A DNA stretch of 63,393 nucleotides, the filler included, from Lenisia limosa (lineage: Eukaryota > Protista > Breviatea), in NCBI GenBank assembly GCA_001655205.1. It is 12 parts of 12 records of this genome, joined end to end, with 100 filler letters (N's around TTAATTAATTAA, not from the genome) between each part and the next. Parts side by side here need not be neighbours in the genome. Positions count along the whole stretch, not along the records: positions 1 to 3,777 come from LPNZ01006358.1; positions 3,878 to 10,873 come from LPNZ01005223.1; positions 10,974 to 35,641 come from LPNZ01006750.1; 9 more parts are not named here. One strand, written 5' to 3'. Below the pieces are notes generated by a model that was not told the origin of the DNA, did not search any database, and saw only the letters and a program-made list of their open reading frames with translations. Position numbers and translations under genes: made by a program. This document shows positions 1-11,139 of this stretch, piece by piece; the first letter of the stretch is position 1; the number at the start of each line of letters is the position of its first letter.

Positions 1-113
1 TCTCATTGCTATATATAGAATGTATTCCGTTTGAATTAGCGTATCTTCATAATGCAAATATTTGTGATTATCAGCCTGTTTTTCTAATATATTTCTCACT
101 CATTCCACTCCAG

Positions 114-3100
114 GCACGTGCATTGGCCACTCTCCATCGAGTCATCATTGAAGGCCACGGAGATGTGGGGGGTTTGGATAACTTTCATTTCCAATATGCA
201 CTCTCACCCCCCCCCCCATATGTTGGAGTATGGGATGCGNNNNNNNNNNNNNNNNNNNNNNNNNNNNNNNNNNNNNNNNNNNNNNNNNNNNNNNNNNNNN
301 NNNNNNNNNNNNNNNNNNNNNNNNNNNNNNNNNNNNNNNNNNNNNNNNNNNNNNNNNNNNNNNNNNNNNNNNNNNNNNNNNNNNNNNACATCTGTAGATC
401 AGGCTCAGGCTCAGGTCAGATTAAAAACATCATCATAATCGGCCCATCTGTGGGGACCTGATGATATATGCGGGGGGAGGGTAGATTCGAGGTGAGTTCC
501 AATTATCCAACTCTAGGAAAAGTTCAACGAAGCTCTCCAGCTGATAGCAACAGTCTTCACCAACGAAACGTCCCCTAGTTTTGTAGCAAGTTGTATTGGT
601 GGGGTGGGGGCTGAATCTTGGGTGCGGTTGAGCGTTGTCAATCGTAACTGTGTAGACGTGATGTTCAGCAATAAGACAATCACTCATGATCTTTTGAACT
701 GGGTAGGCCAGGCGTTTTACTAGTGTGACATTTGGGTAACTATTCCTTCAGAACAATGCCCTGCAATTTCACATTATAAGCAAAACTGCATATGATATTA
801 TGTTTTTGATGGCATATCGAGAAGATTGAATTAGCCTTAAAAATAGGACAGACAATTTATGAGGGGAATAAAGCCCCTGTCGTATTATCCGAATAATATT
901 CCAGGCCCATATCTTCATCATCCTTCTTCGCGTGAGGTTCCTTTCGCTCTACCCTGGACTTGAGGGGAACTTCTCTGTTGAGTCCCAGGTCATATCCACT
1001 TCTGGATGCACAGTGGGGGGTTGTACAATTGTTTAGTGGGTCCTCACCCGGACATCATTTAAAATTATTGGACACATCCAAACTCCCGGATAGCTTGAAG
1101 TTGACACCTTGTATAGGCCAATGTTAGTGTTTTTTAAAAAAAACTGCTTCGACAGACACATAGAGAAATGGACCTCCTAATGTTCCCAACTTTTTTCAAT
1201 TTGGAGCAAATATCAAAAATCTGTGAATTCGGTCTCCCGGGGGTCCTCCTTTATTAGTGTTAAGAAATAAAAATTTGCACCCATCGGTTGGCTGGTGTAA
1301 TGGTGAATTTTGAGAGAAAAATGCTCATAATAGAATGAACTTTCCCAGATAATTGCCATTTATTCCTTGAATGTGGCCTTTTATAACGATTTTGCGTGTT
1401 TTTGACAGTATTTGGACCGTAAATAGAGAGCTTAGGGACTTAATTTGGTTTTGACCCGACAATATATGAAGTAGGCGTTTTATCCTTTGATTAAGATTTT
1501 ATATGGAAAACTCAAGCTGTCCGGGAGTTTTGATGTGTCTGGTGAATTTTGAATGATGTCCGGAGATTTGACTATACATATCGATATATTGTATAGATAA
1601 TATATATCGATATGATATCATACACATAATATACATACATATGATATATGATATATAGATATGATATATATATAATATATATTATGGAAATTGCAACGAG
1701 GGTTTTACCTGGCCAAGCGTACACACCATCACGCTTAGAAGAGATTATATTATATAATAGTATAATATAAACTCACCTAATCATTTGCCTTACAACTATG
1801 TGCACACAGCTTTTTGCGTGCCTCCAGCGTACAATTGTATAATGGGGGGATACACTAGGTGTCTTGTTGAGGATTATTATTTCCTAAGTTTGAATAGTCC
1901 TAACTGTGCAGAATTTGATATCCGTGGAGGCCGCGATCCAACTTCTCGTTCTTCTTGACGCCACCGTCAGTATGTGGGGGTACTATTGATATTATCGTAG
2001 GAGTAGTAGCATGTTAGTATGGATATTATTAGACCTGTATCATGGTTCATTTTACCCAGTGATGGGATGCGGTGCTGCANNNNNNNNNNNNNNNNNNNNN
2101 NNNNNNNNNNNNNNNNNNNNNNNNNNNNNNNNNNNNNNNNNNNNNNNNNNNNNNNNNNNNNNNNNNNNNNNNNNNNNNNNNNNNNNNNNNNNNNNNNNNN
2201 NNNNNNNNNNNNNNNNNNNNNNNNNNNNTTGATTTTGGGCTTTTTTGTTTCATAAATTGTCCAATTTTATCCCCCTCGCTAGGAGTCGCGAATCTCTTCG
2301 TACACCAGGCAATCCCAAGCCCTCTGACGGCGTCCATATCCGTCCTTCTCCTTGCTGATGCTCGGGACTTGTACACTACAACGTGCTTTGTGCTGGCCCA
2401 ATTGTCGTGTAGGCAAAATAACCTTGCAATACAAATCCCCCCCCCCCCCNNNNNNNNNNNNNNNNNNNNNNNNNNNNNNNNNNNNNNNNNNNNNNNNNNN
2501 NNNNNNNNNNNNNNNNNNNNNNNNNNNNNNNNNNNNNNNNNNNNNNNNNNNNNNNNNNNNNNNNNNNNNNNNNNNNNNNNNNNNNNNNNNNNNNNNNNNN
2601 NTTCGCGCACCTCTGCGCTCTACTCCTCAGTTTGTGGGTACCACTGTCGTTATCTGTGACCCGAGGGATTCCATGGGGCAACTGGTTTGGGGATTTGTTG
2701 TTACCTGTTTCTCCAACCAAGATTTAATTACCTGTGCAGCTCAAGCACCAAAGGGAAATCCTGGCGTTCATTGAGACCCCGCATTTACCTGAGCAACCCC
2801 CAGTGTTTTCCCCTGCAACCATCTCCTCGTTCCATCCCACAAAAGTAAACATTACAAATGATTAACCGTTTTATCACCTTTGTCATATCATCCATATGTC
2901 CCCCACTTTGCTTATTTTAATTACATTTCCAATCATCATCATCCCCCNNNNNNNNNNNNNNNNNNNNNNNNNNNNNNNNNNNNNNNNNNNNNNNNNNNNN
3001 NNNNNNNNNNNNNNNNNNNNNNNNNNNNNNNNNNNNNNNNNNNNNNNNNNNNNNNNNNNNNNNATGGCTTTCATCGGAGCCAAGGGGGAGCTGCCGCACT

Positions 3101-3186
3101 TTGAAGACTACGGCACGCCTGACGAGAGCCCATTGTCGTCCACTCCGGCTACTCCTGTCAGAACCGGAAGTGGGGGGAAGGGGTGA
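114..3186 (+). CDS. Multi-exon gene, probable ANTH-domain (Sla2/HIP1/AP180-like) protein; 5' part missing
   Basis: GT-AG exons give ARALATLHRVIIEGHGD (cf. ANTH KaLi.lHrll.eGh), IILLRVRFLSLYPGLEGNFSVE (cf. Sla2/HIP1 Kl.FH..yP.feGnf) and NLISVEAAIQLLVLLD. The last exon ends at 3186. The model is broken by N gaps. Confidence 0.45.
1036..1576. mobile_element. MITE-like family C, copy 1 (intronic)
   Basis: Subterminal inverted repeats of about 60 bp (CCGGACATCATTTAAAATT...CTCCCGGATAGCTTGAAGTTG versus CAAGCTGTCCGGGAG...AATTTTGAATGATGTCCGG). A second copy lies inverted at 7108-7470. Confidence 0.8.
1705..1830 (-). repeat. Dispersed repeat family D
   Basis: Contains CAATCATTTGCCTTACAACT-TGTGCACACAGCTTT-TGCGTGCCTCC-CAGC, shared with copies at 21532, 33431, 36094 and 47756. 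Confidence 0.85.
2058..2282 (+). repeat. Dispersed repeat family B ending at an intron acceptor
   Basis: GTGATGGGATGCGGTGCTGCA...[N]...GATTTTGGGCTTTTTTGTTTCATAAATTGTCCAATTTTATCCCCCTCGCTAG. Confidence 0.8.
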
Positions 3187-3399
3187 CGGCATCTTGTTTG
3201 GATAATATGAGATCACAGTTTTTTGTTTTTCACTTTTTGAGCGATCTTAACTCTCACACCCAGCAACCACAAAACTTTTGAGTCTTCTGTCAAACAGTTC
3301 AGATGACGAATTTCTTTCTTGTTAGTCTATCCTTATTTAATCTAGTAATCTAATAATACAGTTCTTAATCCATTCAACTGTTTCTCAAACTGACTTGGT

Positions 3400-6300
3400 A
3401 GCAGTTGTTTTCTGACTTAAAAGTTTCTCTAAAGAGAACACATCTCGGATTTGCCCCTCATCTTGTAAAAAACTGAAACACCACTTTCCAAAACAGTGAT
3501 GTTTGCCTTCACAAAAGGCTTAAATAGGTCTAGACAAGGGAGGAGGGAGCGGCTGTGGCGGCGGAGGTTTGGGCTCTTTTCGGCAGAGTGGCACTTAGTG
3601 CGTTGTTTCGTGGCGTGACAGCGCGTCTGGACTGGGCCGTGCTAAGTCCGGCTCGGTCAGGCTGGGTCCTGGGTCGTTATAATGGATTTTGGGATAACTA
3701 CTGAGGGTGATTTAACCTGGTAAAAACTGAAAAGTGATACGGGGGTATTCATGATTTTCCCATGTATCTAGAGCTAANNNNNNNNNNNNNNNNNNNNNNN
3801 NNNNNNNNNNNNNNNNNNNNNTTAATTAATTAANNNNNNNNNNNNNNNNNNNNNNNNNNNNNNNNNNNNNNNNNNNNACCCAGTTGCGGTGTCGATTGAC
3901 TGAAACCGGCAGGATGAACGCGGGTGCTGAACTTGCAATGCCGCTCTAAAGCGTTATAGAGAATACTGCACAGATCTTATCAGACCAAGAGATGTAACCT
4001 TTCATATGAAACCTATGTAGAGTATAATATACTATTCAATATCATATCATATGATATGGTTTTTACATAATATCTATATATATGTCTACATGCATATTGA
4101 CGCAAAAGGCTTACAATTTCGTTTGTCGAGAGCAGACAACCTGAATAGTTAGTAGAGTGTTGGGGATAGGAAGGGGTCCTTCAGGAAAATAACGTGGAAA
4201 AAGAACAAGAGCAAATTCACCCTGGGCCTGCCAATTAAGTTGTTTGATGGCACTCACATTTATCGAAGCTGTTGCAGACGGCTGGAATGTCTCCCAAAGG
4301 CAGTCCTGGGGGTAGTACGATACTGAGGGCTCTGAAGGGTCAGTTCACGTGTTGTGTGATGCGGCAATGATAAATTGAACCTCCCTCCCCTTTATTGAAT
4401 AAAACAATATCAGAGTGAACAAGGGTATTCCGAATACCATACTGCGCAGTTGATTATATATGATATAACTTGCCAAAAATATATAATTTATTGATATAAT
4501 ACTACATGTATATAGCCTTCTGATATGTATGGATATTATCTATAATCGTGATAATTCTATCAGTCCTAAGGCGTAAGACTTCATAGCCTCAGGAAACCCC
4601 GAAAACCTCAGCGATTGGGTCAAATGAAGAGCCACAGCAGGTGTAGGCGGGTACTCTTTGGCTACTCCTACATCGAGTTGGCACAGTTGTTACATTAAAT
4701 AAAAAGGGGATCTTTGAGGGCTTCTAATAATATCGGTCAAGCCCTACAATGTCACTGTATATGCCCACCAACATTGAATTTATCATGAAAAATGGAATTG
4801 TTTAAGAAGTTAATAGGACATCTTTGCAACACTTCCCCCTCATCATCTTGATACATAATTGCTTATTTGGCCGAAAAATGGCCATAAATTATTGCTGTTG
4901 TCCGCCTTTAATGACCCCAAATTGCAAACCCAGATTATAACATAGTATTTCAAAACAATGCCACCAATAATAAAAAAAAGTATGCTACAAATGTTGCATT
5001 CGTATTTGACATTTTTGACATTACCCCCCACTAGCCAGGAACTGAGTGAGCCAAATCCAACGAGAGAGACTGGAACCCGTGCCGCCCAATTCCTTTCGTA
5101 GCGTCATTGAGGCTGAGGGGGGTAACCGAATGTATGAAAGGGAGTGAATGAGAAAAATATAATACTGAAGTCAAAGATAATCTATCCCCACGATCGCGAT
5201 TAAGGGTGGCCCGGGACCCTGTGAGGTCGTAGGGTGAGTCCTTTGGGTCACGTGTCTCTTTGGGATCGTTGAGGTTGCCTTGGCTCAGGAAGAGGCCGCG
5301 GCCATCTCCACTTCCTACACGGGTCAGAACAATTCTAAATGGACCATCTAAATAATGCAACCCGTTGGATTTGTGTATGTTTCATATAGATTCTGTCTGT
5401 TTTCGGATCGAGTAGAAAACCACAGTTATCGTGCAAATACACACTTCATAAGGATACAAACTACACTATGAACACAAAACAAAAAGAAAGGGTTAAATGA
5501 CATTCAACGACGAATTCGCTAATATGGCTTTTGGAACCTCTTACGGGATCACCACCCATTATTGGTGCGCCGCCCCCTGTTGGGGTACCCCTATCTAAGG
5601 TCTTCCTATGAGGAGGCTTTGCTTACCCGGTCTTTCTGACGTTGAAGGTCGCAAGGGGACTAGTGACGTTCGTTGGAAAGTGTTGTTGGCAGTCACGTCG
5701 AGGGACTTGGACTTTGTGACCGGATCTATTGGGACTCGAAGTGGCGTAATTGGGCGTGAAGCAAGGGAGCCTGTTGGGGTGAGGATGCACGTTGATACTC
5801 ATCCTGTTCACAAACACCTTCATATATCATATCACTTTTTGGATCATTTTCACATGTGTGAACTGTCAGTTACGACTCTGATACACTCGGGATAAACCCG
5901 TGTGTTATCTTCGTTCATCATTTCGACTTGAAAGTCGGTCATATGATCATATCACTAGTGGTTATGGGTTAACATATGTAGCTACATTATTAACAAAGTC
6001 CCTTTCACCTGCCGAAGCGGATGCAACGTTATCCTGGATCGGCCTGGGGGGGGGGGTGGTGGNNNNNNNNNNNNNNNNNNNNNNNNNNNNNNNNNNNNNN
6101 NNNNNNNNNNNNNNNNNNNNNNNNNNNNNNNNNNNNNNNNNNNNNNNNNNNGTTCACTCATTCCTCTTTATTAACATAGGATATACGTAGGTCTTTAATT
6201 TGGTCGGAAAAAGACTGAATTTCTCGTTATGACATGTACTTAAAATAACATCTTCGAAAAATATTGATATTTCACTCTTCTTTCTGGAACCGAAGTGAAG

Positions 6301-9300
6301 CCCTATCCAACTCCTCTCACAGGCCAAGGGGGTCCTTTCCACTGGAATCGGGGGACAAGTTGGCTAGATTGTGAGGCAGATAAGTTGATTCTCGATTGCC
6401 TATCAGTCTAACATCCTCTCATGTACAGTTGCATATAATATAGATATATTACTATCGTATCATATTATTGCAAATAGTATCATTGAATACGATATAGTAT
6501 ACATTTATTTATATAAATTTCATATAGTATTATGATGAGGTATGAATACAAGGGATGTATTCAGTGAAGTGAACCAATGGCCTCCACCCAACAGGACACA
6601 TTGGAATCGAAAGAGGTGGCCCTGTTTCGGCCATCTACAGCCAGAGATCCGCCATCAATAAGGGTCTAAATGGTCTTAGGATATCTCTCGATGTTGTTGA
6701 TTAGGGATTGGTTATGATTAAATAGTGAAGCTCTGGAACAAAAAAAAACAAAACAAAACGCTGTGCCAGTATACTAGGATTAAAGAATACGACATATCAT
6801 ATATTTATGGATTATGTAGTATCAATACTGTATACGTGTGTATACTCACAACAGGACATACCTGATTTTCATGACTGAACGCCATTTTCTCAAGCTCCAA
6901 ATCGGTCAAATACTCAATTTCAGCATCGGCCACCAGCTGCAGAACGGACAGCAACTCAATGTAAGACGAGCTCCTTTCTGAGCCCGTGATATATGGCGCC
7001 TCATACAGTCCAAAGACCTGACTAAATCCTCCATGTTTTAGTGAGACTCATTGGTATTAGGCCTCACATATACAACATATTGTACATGTAACTACATATA
7101 CTCTATATATAGTCAAAGCTCCGGACATCATTCAAAATCTCCGGACACATCAACTCCCGGACAGCTTGAATTTGCCCAATAAAAGTAATATGAACTTCAT
7201 TTTCATGTTATTTTCGAAAGTGATTTCAGTCATAATCACAGGATTGAATGCGGTTTTTACATATTCTTGGCTCAAACCCAAATTAAGTCACCTGGCTACC
7301 ATAGATTTAGAAAAAAAGGCAAAAGGGGCCACCCCCGGGAGACCAAATTCACGGATTTTTGACACTTGCTCAANNNNNNNNNNACCATCAAAGGGGTCAA
7401 CTTCAAGCTGTCCGGGAGTTTTGATGTGTCCGGTGAATTTTGAATGCTGTCCGGAGCTTTGAGGACCCACATATACTACATGCTATTCTATTATACTATT
7501 TTGATATATAATATCATAAATACTTATGAAATATGATTATAATATGCATAATACAACAATAACATCATAAATCTGTATAGTAATGAGAAATAAACAAATA
7601 ATTGTATCTGGCCCAAGCCGTCCACACCATCACGCTGATAAGAGATGTTGAAGTATAGCATAATATAGTTATGAACACTCAATCATTATACTATCGATAT
7701 AACATAATATGAAAACTGACAACAGTATACCAACCTTTTCCACCGCTGAATGAGTTGATCAGAGAAGCCTCCTCAATCTCATCAGGAGCTTTGAACGACA
7801 CATGGAACAGTCCCTGTCACGCATTACATACTGGGACTACTATAAACGCTAATAATCAGCATACAAACAACTCCAAATCACAATCAAAAATAAAATATTC
7901 CATGTGCTACGGATAATCTGTAGTTCATAAATAGAAAACCGTACGTCAACATACAAAGTAATGGTCAACAAAGTCCAGTGCTAAAGCATACCTTCCACGC
8001 TTGATGCTGCTGCTCATGATCTGCCTCAGTGTTTTTGTACTAAAGATTGTCAAACCCTAGGTTATGCATTCTTTAATCTCAATTGTGGCTTTTAATCTAA
8101 AACACATCCCATGTATACAAGCTGGATAAACAATCGATAAAAGTAGAGCATATCTCATTTAAATGTGATATAAGAGAAAGTGGACCAACATTATGTAATA
8201 ATATCTAAACGGATTTTGGTGGTCATATATAAGTGAGTATTTGGCGAAGCTGTATTCTTTCATAAATCGTATGAAAAACCCCGTTCTACCTTGCTCAGCC
8301 AGTCACCTGCAGAGGCCAAGGAAAGCGCGATTCTCTCTCCAAGAGGCAGGCAGAACTGGTATGCTACAGAGCCCATTTTGGATGCCTGTTGAACTGCCTG
8401 ATGGGAATGAATAGAGTATTGATGAAGCAGACAAAATAAATTCATTGGTACAAATTCTTGAACAGTGGGGGGGGGGGCTTCAATCCTAAATAGGACGTAT
8501 ATTCATTTTCAGTACTATCGATTGTAAACATACATATAGCTACATAGCTAGGTGTCTATTCAACTAATATTATACAATAACATATGACGATATAGCCCCC
8601 CCCCACTTTGTGTTCTTTGGAGGGTTCGGCCCTTGGGGATGCTGTGGAGGCGGAAATGATGCCCAGGTTCAGGAGGAGTCTGAATGAAGAGGGTTATGTT
8701 CTGCAGTAAGGCTGACATATTTGAACTATGCACATGCACCACATATGATATGGAGAGAAAACATGGGTGTGTATTGTTGGCTTTACACTATAATGCAGGG
8801 TATAAAGCGGTGACAAAGAACTAAAGTACAAACGCTGACCTCTTTAACGTGTTGGATACAATGATTCTCGTAGTGAGAGCTGATTCAAACTAAATTATTA
8901 ATAAAACGATTCGTTATAACATTCAGTGCAGGATAAAATGTTTGGCTTTAGCACCCATCTCCGTTTACATTTCCCCACAGTGATTTAATATTTTCCAGCC
9001 CCCCTCCCCACATTGATTGGCCATTTGAGGAGGGCATTAGCGATCCAATTAACCGATTGCGCTGTCAATTCCGCCTCCATTGGGGCCAGAACCAGAGATG
9101 CCTTGGAAGGTCAATATTTAGAGGTATGGGGGGGGGGGTCAATCTTAGAGAATATATCATGAAATATGAGAAAGGAGTTCTCAGTTCATGTTCCAAACAT
9201 AGTGTTGAGCAGATAGAGAGCCGATTGTCAACTGAATATCATGCAATGATCCTCAAAAACACTACCTTGACACAAAGGTCCTGAAAATAGAGAATTACCC

Positions 9301-10870
9301 CATTATAAGCAACGTGTTTGCTCTTGATTTGCTCAAATCAGAGGCACTGACCTCAACCCACCTCGGCCCATCCTTTGTAAACATCGCTTCGTGAGAGCGG
9401 GTGATCAAGTGAAGACAGAAGCAGATTCGGCTAAAGCGTTCGTTATATTAGGAACCATCCGATTCTTACCAGAGAGTCGAAAGCGCAGCCCTTCAGGAGG
9501 GCAGGGAAGACCACTTCTCGGAAGATCGTCTTCCAGTCCGACATTGTCGAGTCTAATTACGAATTGTTTAACGTTATAATTATATCGTTTCTATACCATA
9601 TTTACTTTTGAGCTTACTTGATTGAACATCGCGGGATTAAAATATTCTTTAATATATATGAATGCCGGGGGTTAAAGAGACCTAGCGATCTCCTGGAAGA
9701 TGATTTATGAAGGTCTTGGAACCAAGCTGACAAAACTAAGTCCTCGCGAGTACAGTGTCCCAAATATCAGTTCAGTATAGTGTCCCAAATATCAGTGCGA
9801 TTCCTGGCAGAATACTTTGTAAGCTTTCAAGCATTAAAATATCGGAGTAATGTGACACAGCAGGTTAGTGGATGTAAAACTACATTTGAGAAGAAACAAT
9901 AACTTAGATGGGTCTAAAATAATGAGTTTTGGACATGGCGATTTGATGGCTATGGAAAACAAAAATACAAATTCGAAAAAGGAATAAGTGGTAACATGAG
10001 ATAATAATTGACAGGTTATGGCAAGAGGCACACCTCTCCATCCAGGAAAAGAATGTACTTGAACAAATAATAACTCATGGTCTTTCATTTCTTCTGAGTA
10101 AATAAATCTCGCAGTGTTATTGTCTGTTTACCTTGATCAAGATATGTTAACAACAACGAAACAGAGCCCCATACCTATTCCTTTTGAAGGTCGTGGATTG
10201 CCGATCGTAGATGGGGCAGTGCAGGGTGCTCAACAAGGTCCTAACCCAAGTGAACAACATATCTGACGCACAAAAATAGACAACAAGGAGAATGAAAAAC
10301 CCAGGTCCCACCGGTCCGTTATAGGGCGGATCCACTGCCATGTCCTCCGGCGACAGCTCAGGGGGGATGGAGTCGGCAGGGTCAGAGTCATGCAGAGCAA
10401 AGTGGTATGCGTAGCAAAAGTCGGAGGAGTCGACCATAGGAGCTGTCAGGTGCGCAATATTGGACTGGGGGGGGGGGGGGNNNNNNNNNNNNNNNNNNNN
10501 NNNNNNNNNNNNNNNNNNNNNNNNNNNNNNNNNNNNNNNNNNNNNNNNNNNNNNNNNNNNNNNNNNNNNNNNNNNNNNNNNNNNNNNNNNNNNNNNNNAA
10601 TATTCTGAAACTCCAAAAAAACAAAAAACAAAAAACAACAAACATGAACAATTAACGCTAAAACTAGACAAAAGCCAGATGACAAAAACACAAAAACAAA
10701 AACAAGCCCGAGACAGCCTTGGCCAGTCAGAATTTCCCCGATCGTTTGAAATACCCTTAATAACATGATGACATGGGGCCCTTAATAACATGATGACATG
10801 GGGTGCTTTAGCTTGATGCTTCAGGTTTCGTTTCCACGTTCATACCAAGGCCTTGTCCACTTCATCAGGA
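3400..10870 (-). CDS. Large multi-exon hypothetical gene, partial; may continue across the 3778-3877 linker
   Basis: Many minus-strand GT-AG exons with open frames, e.g. SNIAHLTAPMVDSSDFCYAYHFALHDSDP, NITLFIQTPPEPGHHFRLHSIPKGRTL, QVFGLYEAPYITGSERSSSYIELLSVLQLV and GLFHVSFKAPDEIEEASLINSF. No family recognised. Confidence 0.4.
3778..3877. other. Artificial assembly linker N44-TTAATTAATTAA-N44
   Basis: The same 100-bp spacer occurs at 3778, 10874, 35642, 39134, 43485, 44642, 47566, 49664, 53932, 58052 and 62161. It carries stop codons in all six frames. Confidence 0.97.
5835..5968 (+). repeat. Dispersed repeat family E, copy 1
   Basis: CTCTGATACACTCGGGAT-AACCC...TTATCTTCGTTCATCATTTCGACTTGAAAGTCGGTCATATGATCATATCACTAGTGG, near-identical to 23940-24104 and to the reverse complement of 36724-36935. 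Confidence 0.9.
6200..6310. mobile_element. hAT-type MITE family A copy
   Basis: AAAAGACTGAATTTCTCG core and GGAACCGAAGTGAAGCCCTA terminus, shared with about 10 copies. Confidence 0.75.
7108..7470. mobile_element. MITE-like family C, copy 2 (inverted relative to copy 1)
   Basis: TATAGTCAAAGCTCCGGACATCATTCAAAAT...ATTTTGAATGCTGTCCGGAGCTTTGAGGACCCAC. The internal CAAAAATC-GTGAATT-GGTCTCCCGGGG is shared with copy 1. Confidence 0.8.
7580..7650 (-). repeat. Family D partial copy
   Basis: AATGAGAAATAAA...GTATCTGGCCCAAGCCGTCCACACCATCACGCT. Confidence 0.75.
10755..10803. repeat. 25-bp tandem duplication
   Basis: CCTTAATAACATGATGACATGGGG occurs twice. Confidence 0.85.
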
Positions 10871-11139
10871 GAGNNNNNNNNNNNNNNNNNNNNNNNNNNN
10901 NNNNNNNNNNNNNNNNNTTAATTAATTAANNNNNNNNNNNNNNNNNNNNNNNNNNNNNNNNNNNNNNNNNNNNAGTATATATAAATGTATTTTACTTTTC
11001 TTTTTGTAATATTTTTTCACCATATTTATAATATCATATCATATACTGTTTATGCAACTTGGGGTATACTAAAGCAAAGACGAGAAAATGCAAGGCAGAA
11101 ATTAACGCAGTAGTTGGATGGCGAATATCGCAGTTTGGA

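Noticed and set aside
3822-3833. TTAATTAATTAA palindrome recurring 11 times
   Set aside because: It is always centred in exactly 44+44 Ns, so it is an assembly linker. Adjacency across linkers is therefore uncertain.
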